From contig NC_087252.1 in NCBI RefSeq assembly GCF_037042905.1, positions 25,174,001 to 25,238,000 of the forward strand: a DNA stretch of 64,000 nucleotides, given 5' to 3'. Of the stretch, positions 13,568-25,670 are shown one piece after another. The position numbers and the translations under genes were made by a program. The stretch is from Lytechinus pictus. Taxonomy: Eukaryota. Numbering within the stretch: position 1 is the stretch's first letter; each line of letters opens with the position of its first letter. The notes under the pieces are model-generated. The model was not told the DNA's origin. It saw nothing but the letters and a program-made list of their open reading frames with translations, and ran no database searches.

Positions 13568-13969
13568 CTCTTTATTTTGAATGATTGAATCCTTGGGAAA
13601 AAATAAATCACAGTCGTTTCTTACACCGTTTGGTGGATGACACCGGAGACTCGGGGCAGGCCTACCACACATGTTAGCTGTGTTTGCTAACTTTCATTCA
13701 ATCTTCGATGAGGATAAACGACACGGCATCATCAACTCGAAATCGCGATCATACTATATGTTGTTATGCAATATATAACTAGCCAATCTCTTCCTTGTTC
13801 CAGATTCTGCATCTGAGAAAGCTTGGACCCCTTTATTTCGGATGGATATGAATAATTTCGGCAGTCCGGGGGAGGGGGGGGGGGGTGTTGGCGACCCCGG
13901 CTTTGACGCCTCGGCCCGAGCAATAGCTTTTCATTGGAAGGGAATAACTACAAAATAATCAATTGATTC

Positions 13970-14539
13970 TTAAAGGATATAAGTCCACCCCAGCAAAAAA
14001 GTTGATTTGAACAAAAGGAGAAAAATCCAACAAACATAACACTGAAAATTTCATAAATATTGGATGAAAAATAAAGATATGCAACATTTTAAATATTCGC
14101 TTAATCACAAAACAGTTATATGCACATCCTTGTCGGCATGTAAATGAGGAGACTCATGATGTCATCCACTCACTATTTCTTTTGTTTTTTATTACATGAA
14201 ATATTTTATTTTTTTCCTCTTGTTATATTAGCACGATTGTTTAATAATATATGGTTAAGTCAAGTTGGTCCTTGTTTTCTGTAAAAAATTAAATATTGTA
14301 TAATTCAAACAATAAAAAAACAAAATAAATATAGTGAATGAGAGACATCATCATCGACTGATCATTTACAAGTCACTATATTGTGCATATCACCTTTTTG
14401 GGAAATAAGCGAAACTTTAAAATGTCATGTTTCTTATTTTACATCCGATTTTGATGACATTTTTTTTTAGCATTATGCTAGTTTGATTTTTCTCCATTTA
14501 TTCAAATCAACATTTTTCTGGGGTGGACTTGACCTTTAA
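13970..14539. mobile_element. Kolobok-like MITE family B (TTAAAGG..AAGTCCACCCC...GGGGTGGACTTGACCTTTAA)
   Basis: Long TIRs, TTAA flanks; other copies at 42977-43576 and a partial one at ~36188-36330. Confidence 0.78.
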
Positions 14540-14733
14540 GTATTTCCATGTTTCCTAGTTGGAGGAAGCGGGAAGGGGGTGACAGGGGGCTAAAACATAC
14601 CGCATAGTTGCTCATCCTCCCCAGTCGAACATTGCTCCTCGTTATCACATCTTAACGATTGAGTGATGCATGTGCCGTCGTTGCAGCGGAAAAATCCTTC
14701 CTCGCAAGCTTCTCCTGTGACGGGAAATATTAA

Positions 14734-15323
14734 AGGAGAATGAAACTCTGATCTTGGAGCAAGTTAGCTTTTGTGAAAGCAGAAAAATCAAAGAATAAGA
14801 TCAACAAAAGTTTGAGTAAAATAGGACTAGCAATAGAAGAGTTATGAGCATTTGAATGTCGAGATCACTAATGCTATGGAGATCCTCCCATTGGCAATGC
14901 GACCAAGATCTATGATGTCACAGATGAACAACTCTCCCCTTTTGGACACTGAAAATATACCCCAAAACATCTCTTTTTGCTCATTTCTCATCATATGACA
15001 AACGATTCATCAATGATATAATGTTGTGAAACCTCTGTACTTGTCCTCTCACAAAGAGAACACCTCACCTTGTGAAAGACTCTATAAAAGTGAGAATATA
15101 AGTGAAATAAGTACTAAAGTAATGAGGGAGTTGTACGTGTGTGACATCACAGATCTTGGTCGCATTGCCAATAGGGGGATCTACATGGCATTAGTGATCT
15201 CAATATTCAAATGCTCATAACTTTCTTATTATTCATTCAATCTTCCTCAAACTTTCAACAATATGTTTCTTTGATTTTTCTCTTTGATATGGATTCAGCT
15301 GGTTTCAAGGGTTTCATTCTCCT
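14734..15323 (-). mobile_element. Kolobok-like MITE family A, opposite orientation
   Basis: Reverse complement of 11543-12129; TTAA flanks. Confidence 0.8.
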
Positions 15324-16425
15324 TTAACATCATGGTGTATATGATAATGAAAATGGCAGAATTGGCAATTATATAGGCCTCATGATAACGATGAATATCG
15401 ATGATCATGATTGACGATGGTGATGATGATGACATAGTGATGGTGATGATGATGGCGGTGATAATGAGGAGGAGAAGGGGGAGAATATTGTGATCGATGG
15501 TGTTGAAGGTGATGATGCAATGATGATGATGATGATAATGATCATGACAAATGGTGATGATGATGATGATGATGATAGACCTAATGATGATGATGATGAT
15601 GATAAAAATGATAATACTGAAGTAAGGCTAACATAAATTCATGATGATGATTACATAATAATCATATAGGTCTACATACCATCTCGTCATGATAAAAATC
15701 AATTTAATCGTGTTATCCTTATCATTCATATCGGCAATATAGGCCTAACTTTGCAATTCGGTGGCACTAGTGGAAAGCCGGATTACTACACTACTATTTC
15801 TCTTGTACATTATCATTTGAAATACGAAATGTTTATGTCACAGTACTTGCAACAAAAATCAAGGTTTGATTACTATAATTTGATTACTAATAACATAATT
15901 AATTGTCTGTATCATAACCTATTGTAAATCTTTGAAAAACGTCCTTACTGTTATATTCATAAAAGATAAATATTCTATATTATTTTCATATAGTACAGTG
16001 CAAGGTAGAAAACAAGTGACATCACGCTCTCTCACTTGCATAGGGCCTACTGCCCAGGGGCCCGTTCTTCTAATAACAAATTTACAATAACAGTTTAAAG
16101 CTAATGAATTTATTTAAAGTGATGTTAAAGATATTGTCCAATTGTTACAACAACAGGTCTTTATGCATATGGAACGGGACTTAGGATGTGCATATAACTG
16201 CTTTGAGAAAGTAAATGATACTTTTAAGTGGGCACGTTTTAATTTCACACCCGATTCTAATCGAAATTACCAATGTATTGGTTGTTCCATTATTTGCTTT
16301 ATATTCAGATTAATTTTCTGTTGGGGGAATTGCCCTTCAATTATGAAACATTATTTAAAAACTTTGTTTGTTTGCGGCATTTAGAGACGAGATATTGAGA
16401 TAAACGGCAAAACAGCAATACATAC

Positions 16426-16479
16426 CAGGCGTGACGGTATCTGGTAGATTCGTGCCATCTGCTGTTACCGGAACAGATA
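16426..16479 (-). CDS. Linker exon after SEA1 (VSVPVTADGTNLPDTVTP)
   Basis: 54 bp, phase 1-1, long T-rich acceptor, G|GTATGT donor; paralogous to 752-805. Confidence 0.88.
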
Positions 16480-16956
16480 CTGTCATGAAAAGTAAAAAAC
16501 AAAAAAAGGGAAAAAAAATGCTCTTTGAGAATTGCGTATCTAATATCGGAAATGCTGTGCAAATACATATAATATAAATAATTGAATTGAATTGATATGA
16601 ATATGAAATTACATATTGCTCTTCGTTGGAATTGAGCACTCTTGGAAATCTCAACTATTATACTGATATATATATATATATATACAAAGTTCAAAGTTTA
16701 TTCGGATGAAAACCAAAGTTTTCTCCAGGGGTAGACGAACAGCCCAAAGAACCCTGAATAAGACATCTCCAAAAGTTTTGGAGTCACAAAGACCACCGAG
16801 GAATCGGCCATGAATTGTGAAGAACCAGTAACCTCAAGGGCCATTCATAGTACACAGAAACACCTTTGAAAATCAATAACGATTTGTGGTGTTTCAGTGG
16901 CTGTGCTCTCTCTGGAATGGGGGAGAACTAGACCTAATAAGCTAACCAAAAATTAC

Positions 16957-17165
16957 CCTCTGAAATTTCAACTTGGACATCTGTCGATCCAAGATTTCCA
17001 TTGTTGGACAGTGATTGCATAACAGCGTCGTTGGTGGCGTCAGACACCTGATTCGCCACTTCAAGCTGAACATCAAATGCCGATGAGGAGTCTGCGGTTC
17101 CAGGCAAGGCCGTCGCGACGTCACCAGAAACTACGATTTCTGCACCCACGACAATACTCCCAGGA
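16957..17165 (-). CDS. SEA domain 1, C-terminal part with SPG^SIVV cleavage motif
   Basis: 209 bp, phase 2 to 1; PGSIVVGAEIVV...DVQVEISE; paralogous to 2076-2287. Confidence 0.92.
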
Positions 17166-17410
17166 CTAGAGGGAATAAGAAAATGATGATCATTTGGTGA
17201 TGGGGTCATAATATGAAAACGCGATGCCGATACCAACATAAGTAGCCGTTTAAAGCCATTTTCTTGATGCTTTACTTTGGTCTGCATGTATGGCTGCAGT
17301 AGATCTATACAGGCATCCCCTGTGCTAAAATTGCTTCCTTCCGTACCTTAAACTACTGCTAAAACTGCTGCTGATACTGAAACTGCTACTACTAGTACTA
17401 TTTTTACTTG

Positions 17411-17488
<78 letters not shown>
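17411..17488. repeat. (CTA)n microsatellite
   Basis: Visible. Confidence 0.95.
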
Positions 17489-18023
17489 CGCTGCTATACT
17501 ATCACAACTACTAATACCTCTAATCATATATTTTGTAATATAAAGTATACCCTATCAATATAAAGTATATCCTGCATCATTCAAACAATATTTAATTTGC
17601 TGTGTCTTTCAAATAATTAGAGGCATATAAGAAAACAAAATACAATCGTTCTTTTCTTGAGGGTTTAACATTAAGGAGCGACTTTGACAAAATACAAGTA
17701 CAAGTCCCCTGCCGCGATCCCAAGACTTCGCATAGAAGCAATAGGGCCCCATGATGTGCACGGGAGTGCGTTTTGGCCCAATATACTAGTATTAGTCTCC
17801 GGACTTTGAAACAGAGGGTCGTGGGTTCAAATCCCAGCCATGGTGTAATTTCCTTCAGCAAGAAATTGATCTGCATTGTGCTGCACTCAACCTAGGTTAG
17901 GTAAACGTGTACTTGCATGGCAGGAATTAATTCCTTGAAATGATTGTGCACTGCAAGGCCACCAGTCAAAAGCCGGGCTAATAATCATTATTATCATAAA
18001 TTATTAAGAGAGTACTTATTTAC

Positions 18024-18094
18024 CTTAAACTTGTCACAGTTACATTGTTGACGAAGCCTCCAATCATATCGTCATTCTGTAGTCCGTTCATCAT
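18024..18094 (-). CDS. SEA domain 1, middle exon (MMNGLQNDDMIGGFVNNVTVTSL)
   Basis: 71 bp, phase 0 to 2; strong polypyrimidine acceptor; paralogous to 4053-4123. Confidence 0.88.
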
Positions 18095-18382
18095 CTTAAA
18101 AGAAAGAGAAGAATCATAAAATCTAATATTTTGACTCGTAAAAGGAATACAAAATTTGACCCAGACATATAAAGATAACCTTATCCATCGCATGAAGTGA
18201 TAGGCAAATAGCAAACGGTAAGAAAATAATAAATTAGTTAAACTCTGCCTATTGTTCCCAATAGTACGCCATGTAATTAATATATGAATGCTAATTCTTG
18301 ATGTATGAATTGGAATTTTGTATCCGTTTAAATGTTTTTTTTTATGTATACGATAAATATTGTATCATTCATTTATGCGTGT

Positions 18383-18684
18383 GGAGCGTTGTGGCCCAGT
18401 GGATTAGTCTCCGAACTTTGAAACAGAGGGTCGTGGGTTCGAATCTGAGCCATGGCGTAATTTCCTTCGGCAATAAATTCATTCACATTGTGCTGCACTC
18501 GACCCAGATGAGGTGAATGGGTACCCGGTAGGATTTATTCCTTGAACGCTTTAGCGCCTATTAATATGGCGGCTCAGCTAAAGCCGGGGTAACAATATGA
18601 TACCAAGTATCAAAGCGCAGAACTTTGAGTATATGCAAATAGTAACTGCGCTATAAAAATGGACATATTATTATTATCATTATT
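18383..18684 (+). mobile_element. tRNA-derived SINE, near full length
   Basis: A box TGGCCCAGTGG, B box GGTTCGAAT, TTG anticodon-like loop, body and (ATT)n tail. Relatives at ~17770-18000(+), 6395-6606(-), 22410-22522(-), 33880-34092(-) and 51510-51787(+). Confidence 0.85.
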
Positions 18685-19118
18685 ATGCAGGAAAGGACAC
18701 AGAATGATTAACATGATGTATTCCCTCTGTAAAATATTTTTCGAAAATGAGGATATGAACAATAGAGGAAATTGGAAAAAAAGTGAAGGGACACGAGGAA
18801 AACGAAAAAAAAAAACACAAAATAGAAACATGTTGATCGGTGCCATTTCTGGTTAAAAAGAAAGTAATTTCATTCTTTAGGTAGTGACCTTCTCCAGGGG
18901 CCGCGAAATGGGGGGGGGGTGGCTGCGGATGCTTCAGCCCCCATTTCTATCCCTATAAACCGTGTACAAAAAACGTAAAAGATTTCCATCTGATGGTGAT
19001 TTTTTGCATGGTTATCCGGACTTAGCCCGGCCCCAACTTTTAACTCAGCCCTTCCACTTTCAAAACCGTTCCGCGGCCCTTGCTCTCTACCACCACCCCC
19101 ATGTGGGTACAAGATTAC

Positions 19119-19231
19119 CTCAGCTTCCGTCTTGCTCGCAAACTCCATATATTCAGTAGATGAGGGGTCACTGAACTCTGGAATGAATACAACTCCATTC
19201 AGGGTGGCAGACACTTTGATGTTCACATCGC
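19119..19231 (-). CDS. SEA domain 1, N-terminal part (GDVNIKVSATLNGVVFIPEFSDPSSTEYMEFASKTEAE)
   Basis: 113 bp, phase 1 to 0; F-x3-DPSS-x-EY pattern typical of SEA domains; paralogous to 6176-6288. Confidence 0.9.
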
Positions 19232-19367
19232 CTGGGATTGATGACATCAAATGAGAATTATAAATCAGGTATAAGTGAGCATTTGAGTGAAAGATGATCA
19301 TGCAATAATCGGCATTTATAATGCGTCTTCTATAGCACCATCAAAGCCAAACTGGAAAGGGATAAAG

Positions 19368-19590
19368 CACTCTAAAACAGAGAGTAAAAATTAACCCAAT
19401 ATTGGGTAAAAGGGAGCATGAATATTTGCTGGGTAATTTTTCCCCCAAATATTGGGCAAAATGCACGTTTGAAGGGTAAATTTCAACGACATATTGCGTA
19501 AAATTTACAAAATATTTGGTATCTTTTTACCCAACAAACATGCATGTTCCCATGATTTTACCCAATATTGGGTAAACTTTTTCTAGAGTA
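19368..19590. mobile_element. CACT-terminated (CMC/EnSpm-like) MITE
   Basis: cactctaaaa...tctagagt ends with repeated acccaatattgggt palindromes. Confidence 0.55.
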
Positions 19591-20485
19591 TGACAACTTG
19601 GCACACAAGTGCAAATAGGTAAATTGTTGCCTGGCAGTTTCGTATACTTTCCGTTTGATCTCACCTTACATGATTTAATCTCATTATTTTTAAAACGAGT
19701 TCGTCTTCTAAACCATTTTGTCTAAAACTACATGTACCATTCAGCCCATAACGCTCAGAATATGCTACACAGTGGCATGTATGCAAACTCGGGTTCAATT
19801 CAAACGTACTCTGGTCTAACTGTCTGACGTGATTGTGGTTGTGGACTCGGAGACAAACACCAATAACAGTGCAGGTTCGAGTTCTCAGCTCATCTGAGAT
19901 GTAAATTGCCAATTCGTCTATTGCCAACTGGTCCACTCATCACACGGTTTACCTTCATTTAGTCTAATGCCATTCCGCCCATCAACATTTCGTCTAACAA
20001 CCATTTGTTCCAATAACCAGTTGGTCTAATCATCACTTCGTCTAATCACCATTTCGTCTATGACCATTTACTCTCATAACCAGTGGTCTAACATCCATTT
20101 CATTTTCTTCATTTTGCACAATTAACACTCAGTCAAATTAACATACAATGTCAACAAATTATTTTGACACTGTTGGCTTCCCATAATTTTAGTACAGGTT
20201 AGACAAAGTCTAGTTATTCAAACCAGATCAAGACGGGCCATTTTGTCTAATATCTAGGTAATTTAACATCTCTTAGTCTATGTTTAGTCTTTTTATGAAT
20301 AAAAGTTGTCATAAAGTGGAAACTAATTCATAGACGAAGTGGAAATGAGATCTTTTAGACCAGGCGGGTCCTAGACCAAGTGAAGCGTAAATCAAACTGC
20401 AATTATACTTTTAGCGAGTATTTTCTGAGAAGAAGACCCACTGCTTATAAATGTTATAGACCATGTACACCAAGTGAATACTTAC

Positions 20486-20515
20486 CAACTACTACCCCCG
20501 GAATGACGGTTGGAG
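20486..20515 (-). CDS. SEA-domain gene microexon, module 1 (APTVIPGVVV)
   Basis: cctag| acceptor, G|GTAAGT donor, 30 bp, phase 1-1; same peptide as the exon at 8602-8640. Confidence 0.85.
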
Positions 20516-22144
20516 CTAGGTAGAAAAGGAAAAAATCCGAAGAAAAGCATTTTGAAAACGAAATAGAAACATGAAGTGATGATTTGCATATATGTTTTTC
20601 ATTGACTCACTCATTTTTTGCACGTAAAAGATTGTAACGATGAAGTTCATTTTTCCTCAATTACATTTATTTTTATTTTGTGCTCTCTTATAATTAGACC
20701 TATTCAGTGGCTTAATTGGAATTATGGCTATCACATACATGACATAACACTGACATAAAAAGTTTTAAGATAGGGATAGTTTTCTCTTGGTCTGAGAAAA
20801 GGAAACTGGAAATTGACGGTTACGGGAAAGAGAGGGTGAGAGGAGGGGGGGGGGGTTAAGTGTACATGGCGTTATATTTCTAAATGCAATTGCTTGCTAA
20901 TCTGAATAACATGCCTTTTCTTGAACCACGGAAGTTGGTGTACCCAGGAAGGTGTGTAAGAGGGTGTGTGTGTACGTGCTTATAGAGATCAGTAGAACAA
21001 GGATTTTTTTAAATAAAAAGTAGAAGAAAAACCTTCGTCAAACCGTTCCAGTTGTCAGAGTGCAAGGATGTGCATGTGGGTAGTGTGGGATATGAAAAAT
21101 GCAAAGGGGAACGGAATAGATGGAGCATTGAAAGGCGTGTATAGTGTGCGCGTGCGCGTGTGTGTGTCTGTCTGTGGGAGGCGTTTATACGAGTAAATGG
21201 CTTTTGCATTCTAGAAAGGAGAGGGTAGTTTGAGTGGGTCTGTGTGTGAAGGCGAAGACTGATGCCTTCGTAATGCAATTTGGCGTGTGTGTTTGTTTGT
21301 TTGGGTTTTTATAAGAGTAATATGCGTTCTCGAGGGTAGCGAATGAGTGAGGGAGTGGGTGAGGGTGAATTAGACCGGCGGAGGCGGGGTTATGTGATTT
21401 TGCAATGGAACATTTACCACGGGTCTTGGGTCTTTGTTTCTATGGACCTTAATACCAGTATGGGGATTTGTGTTCTTCAGAGGAGCTGGTGAGTAGTGTC
21501 TAATTAAGATAGGTGTGGGTGTGTGTGGGTGGGTGGAGACAGAAATGTGGTTATGTGACCTACAATGCATCAGTTATAACGGATCTTATTAGAGCATGGG
21601 TGTGTTTATTATGTGGGCCTGTGTACCAATATGGGGTTTTTTCCGTTCTTTAGAGGGGTAAAGAGTGTGTGAGGGAGTGGGTGTGTATGTGGGTGAAGAC
21701 CAGATGGGGTTATGTGCAAGATGTATGGGTATTAGTACATGGACAAATACGTGTACGTGTTGTTTGTTGTTGCTTCTATGGGCCTAGTGTGGGGATTTAA
21801 GTCCTCAAGGTGTCTCAAGGTGTGGGTGGACACTGAAGCGTGGTTAAGGCAGTAAGCCCATCATAAGTGTTTTAGTACGTGGATACGGGCTTGTATATGT
21901 TTGTTTCCCTGGACCTTACTTATACCAGTATGGGGATTTGAAAAGTATGTGAGCATGTGGGTGAAGATCGAGGTGGAATAAATCCAACATTTACCACCAC
22001 CGGTCTTATGGGCATGGGTTTGTTCGTTTGTTTGTTTGTTCACATGGGCATGAATACAAATAAACAAATTTGAGTTCTCGAGTTGGATAAAATAGGAGGT
22101 GTGTGTGAAGATCGAGCCGGGCTGGGGTGAATTATCACATTTAC

Positions 22145-22201
22145 CTGGAGTTGTCGTTGATCTTGGTGGCGCCTTCGTTGTGGGCCCTGCTATTTCTGGA
22201 C
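22145..22201 (-). CDS. SEA-domain gene exon: Pro/Thr-rich stem (GPEIAGPTTKAPPRSTTTP)
   Basis: cacag| acceptor, G|GTAAAT donor, 57 bp, phase 1-1, mucin-like composition. Confidence 0.85.
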
Positions 22202-23658
22202 CTGTGAACGTGAGGGGAGAATGTGATAACAGTAAATTATAATAACTATTATATAGGATATTTGTACATGTATAAGGCACGCACATATATCCTTATTTTA
22301 CTGTTTTATGTGCTCGTCCCCGGCTTTGCTGGGTATATCACGATTTCGATGATCACGTCTTTTTTTAGGAATTGCATATTTCCTGTCGGTACATTTCTTG
22401 GGTTGAGTGAAGCACCTGGTTCAATTTCTTGCTGGAGCAAAATTACACCGTGGCTGAGGTTCGAACCCACGGCCATCTCTTTCAAAGTCCGGAGACTAAT
22501 CCATAGGGACAATATGTCCACGTAGAATTACGGGCGTAAAGTTGTTCTGTTTAAGAGAAATACCATCTATGATGCGCCTTTTCCAACGATTTAATATTTT
22601 CATGAATTTGGTATAATTCGAACTTTTATTTTATTTTTTGCTTTTCAGGCATTATTATCTATTTGACAAATTTATATCAAAAATACATTGATTATACAAT
22701 GCTGATTGATAAATTACACGTGATTCGAAAATTTATTCTCTCAGAAATTAAAACAAGGTTGCCAGGGAAGGAGAGAGCCAACTTAATCAATTAACGCTTT
22801 GCATGTTAGTAGTCACCCGAGTTTAGCACCATGGGAATCAGACTTAAAAAGTCAACTCAAGGGCGTTGGCTGGTTTGGGCATGGGGAGATGCACTTCCTG
22901 CATGGGGAGGTGGAACTAAAGTGGTATGGGTGTGCACATCTTCGGGAGGTGGAACCAAAGTTTGGAAAATCAGCTATTGAAGGCAGAAGAAGGGGTACCA
23001 ATTTTGTTTTGCTTTCATTTTGCTCGTCAGTGTCGATCCCTCTGCCTTAGCGGGGGGGGGGGGGGGGGGGGGGGGAGGTGCACCCCTATAGCCTACGCCC
23101 TTGTTCAATTATGATAAGAATCTGATACCCAATGGAAAAAAGGGGGTCCGACCGCTTGACCGAAGGCCCGCGAGACCGATTTTGTTCCCTTCATCAGGTG
23201 CCGAGTGGTTTAGGGCGCCTAGTTGCAGCGGCGTATGCCTGTTATCAGAGGGGGAGGGGGTAGAGCCAAATATTTCCCGGTAACTCCGTCTAGAATAAGT
23301 GACATAGCTAGGATTTCAGTTTAGGGGCGGGAGTGAGCACCGGAAGCGCGCTCTTGGGGGGGGGGGTGCAGGGATTGGGAGTGTCCCCTGCGAGAAGCGT
23401 GGAAGCTCCGACGTTCCTGTAAACTGTGAATCGTTCCTTGTCTGCTCCCGCTCATCTTAATACGTCCTCTGCCTGTTTTCGGGGGGGGGGGGGGGTGGGT
23501 AGAGCCAAAATATTTTGCGGTAACCAAGTCCAGAAGGATTTCATTTTAGGGGGCGGTAGTGAGCACGCGAAGTGGCGAAACACTTAATACTAAGTGCGCG
23601 AAAGGCGCTCCCTATAAGGGGGAGTCCCCCTCCCGCGCAAAGCACGGAAGCGCCGACG

Positions 23659-25670
23659 CACAGTGGGCCAGAATGAACCCAAAGTGCGCCAAAACCTATT
23701 ATTCACACATTTGTACGATTAAATTTGGTAGATAGGGGTAATTTCACCCGTAGAATTCAATAAAAATATTTTCAAATATTGATGACGTCGTTAAAATACT
23801 GTTTTCTGATTGGCTGTTAACATTTGAGAAGAAATTACATGTTTCTAATTCTACAATAAGTTTCAAATTTTCAGAAACTAGTTTTAGAGAAATTTCAGCA
23901 ATAATTAAGCATATTATCAAACAGCAAACACACAAACAGGCAAACAAACAAGAAAAGTCTGTGCTCGGGGTATACAAACAATTCAATTGGTGACTTGAGT
24001 ATCGCTTAAAGAGGGCGCCCTACCATGAATCCGGAATTGTAAAATTCAAAGTGAAATTGTAAAAAAAAAATGCAAAGGAGTATTTTCATTCCCTGGGTAC
24101 AATGATTAACCACACCTACATGAATTAAAATGGATTGATACCAGAAGTGGACAGTGAAATCTTTAAAAAAATTATTCCAATGATAAATAATAGAGGCCGG
24201 GTCCTCTGCAGGTTAATCAGTACAAGGCCCTACAAGGTCTACCTATTTCACCAATAACGGCGTATACAAAGTTATTCCGAATCAGAGTCTCTCTCTGCCA
24301 TCTCACCAACTATTATGTCTTTGGTTAGAGGATCTTTTAGCATACTTTGAACATCAGGGGGAAGAGGCTGTGATTGTTGTACTCTTAAAAACTTGCTACT
24401 AATCACAATGTCACCTGTTACTATTAGTCTGTGGAATACATGTATATAAAGTCAATGAGAGTCACAAACCAAACAATCCTTGAAATGATAATATACACTT
24501 CCTTCTTGATCGATACTAACAATAACTTATACCAAATTTAGAATGAGCCAAGAGATAAACGAATTCATACGTGTATGTGAAGTTACAAACCCTTTTGGGG
24601 GATAAATATTATAATAATGATAATGCAACTTATACATGTATAGAGCCCACATATATCCCATCTCTTTCCTATACACATTCTCATATTTTGGCAGAAAACT
24701 GCGTGAGACCTATCACATCCCTAGTCATGTGTGTTATAGCGATATACAGTAGCCCCTACTTGGTTTATTAACGAAAAAAAAAATAATAATCTTATCCGGG
24801 AATCTTACCTTAAGAATTAATCTTCTCAGGATGATAGCATATCAGATATGGAACACGGGATGGAACAGGTTGACATCAAAATGAAGTTGTGTTACATGTA
24901 TTATTATATAGTTAGTGGAAGTGGAAATGAAAGCTTGTCTTTACGTAGGCTTAACGAAAATATTTTAGGCAGATACCAGTCACAAGAGCCTTACACTTGA
25001 GCAAGACATCCCCCCCTCTCTCTCTCTTTCTATCTCCCAGCACGCGACGGGGAGTTTGTCTAATGTCACCCGCAACGTTCGGCACGCGCATAATGGGACA
25101 CTAACTTGGAACAATTTTGTGATAAATACGGCGAACATGTGGTTGGAAATTGGTTATATCTCCAGAAAATGCACATATATGCAGCTAAATTTGGTATCAG
25201 TGTAAAGCATGAACTATAACAAAGACCGTCATGGTATTTACAGCGCAGCAATCGGCAGCAATTTGTAAAAGAAATGCTCATGAAAAAAAAATTGCTAAAA
25301 CCCCCCCATTGTCAAATGGTTTCGTCCAAAATTTCCTCTGAAGGGGTTATCATTTTATTTTGAAAATTTCCGATCACCTAAAACAATCATTCATCAAAAA
25401 GTACCGTGAATTATAAATAAATTAAGCAATCCGTTTTGTTAAAACAATGAAAGTTCTAAAAACGTGTCAATTACACATGCGGTAGCCGTAAAGGGTCATT
25501 TTCCGGTAATATTAAATAAAATGGGCAACTAATAATCAATTTCATTGAGAAATATTGTACGGAGACATTCTACAGGTTCTTATCTTTGCTTAGAACATGA
25601 AATAAACAAAATTTGTTTCATGACCCAAAACCAGTTTTGGCGCACTTTTGCTCTTTCCTGGCCCACTGTG
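23659..25670 (-). mobile_element. Non-autonomous Transib-superfamily DNA transposon with RSS-like TIRs
   Basis: ~37-bp TIRs starting CACAGTGGGCCAG; perfect 5-bp TSD CGACG (23654-23658 / 25671-25675); residual transposase-like terminal exon. Confidence 0.88.
24272..24428 (-). pseudogene. Remnant last exon of a Transib-like transposase (LIVTGDIVISSKFLRVQQSQPLPPDVQSMLKDP...ERDSDSE*)
   Basis: ccacag| acceptor, then 51 open codons to TAA. Resembles the LLxSSDPxISS...LPxEVxxLL C-terminus of Transib transposases (recalled pattern, not searched). Confidence 0.6.

Noticed and set aside
18383..18460. tRNA-Gln-like sequence (and similar heads elsewhere)
   Set aside because: Acceptor stem is imperfect and it continues into a shared SINE body and tail, so it is a SINE head rather than a tRNA gene
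24809..24880. ATG-initiated exon with an AG|GTAAGA donor inside the Transib element, phase-compatible with the remnant last exon
   Set aside because: Two in-frame stops; at most a decayed 5' exon, not a functional CDS
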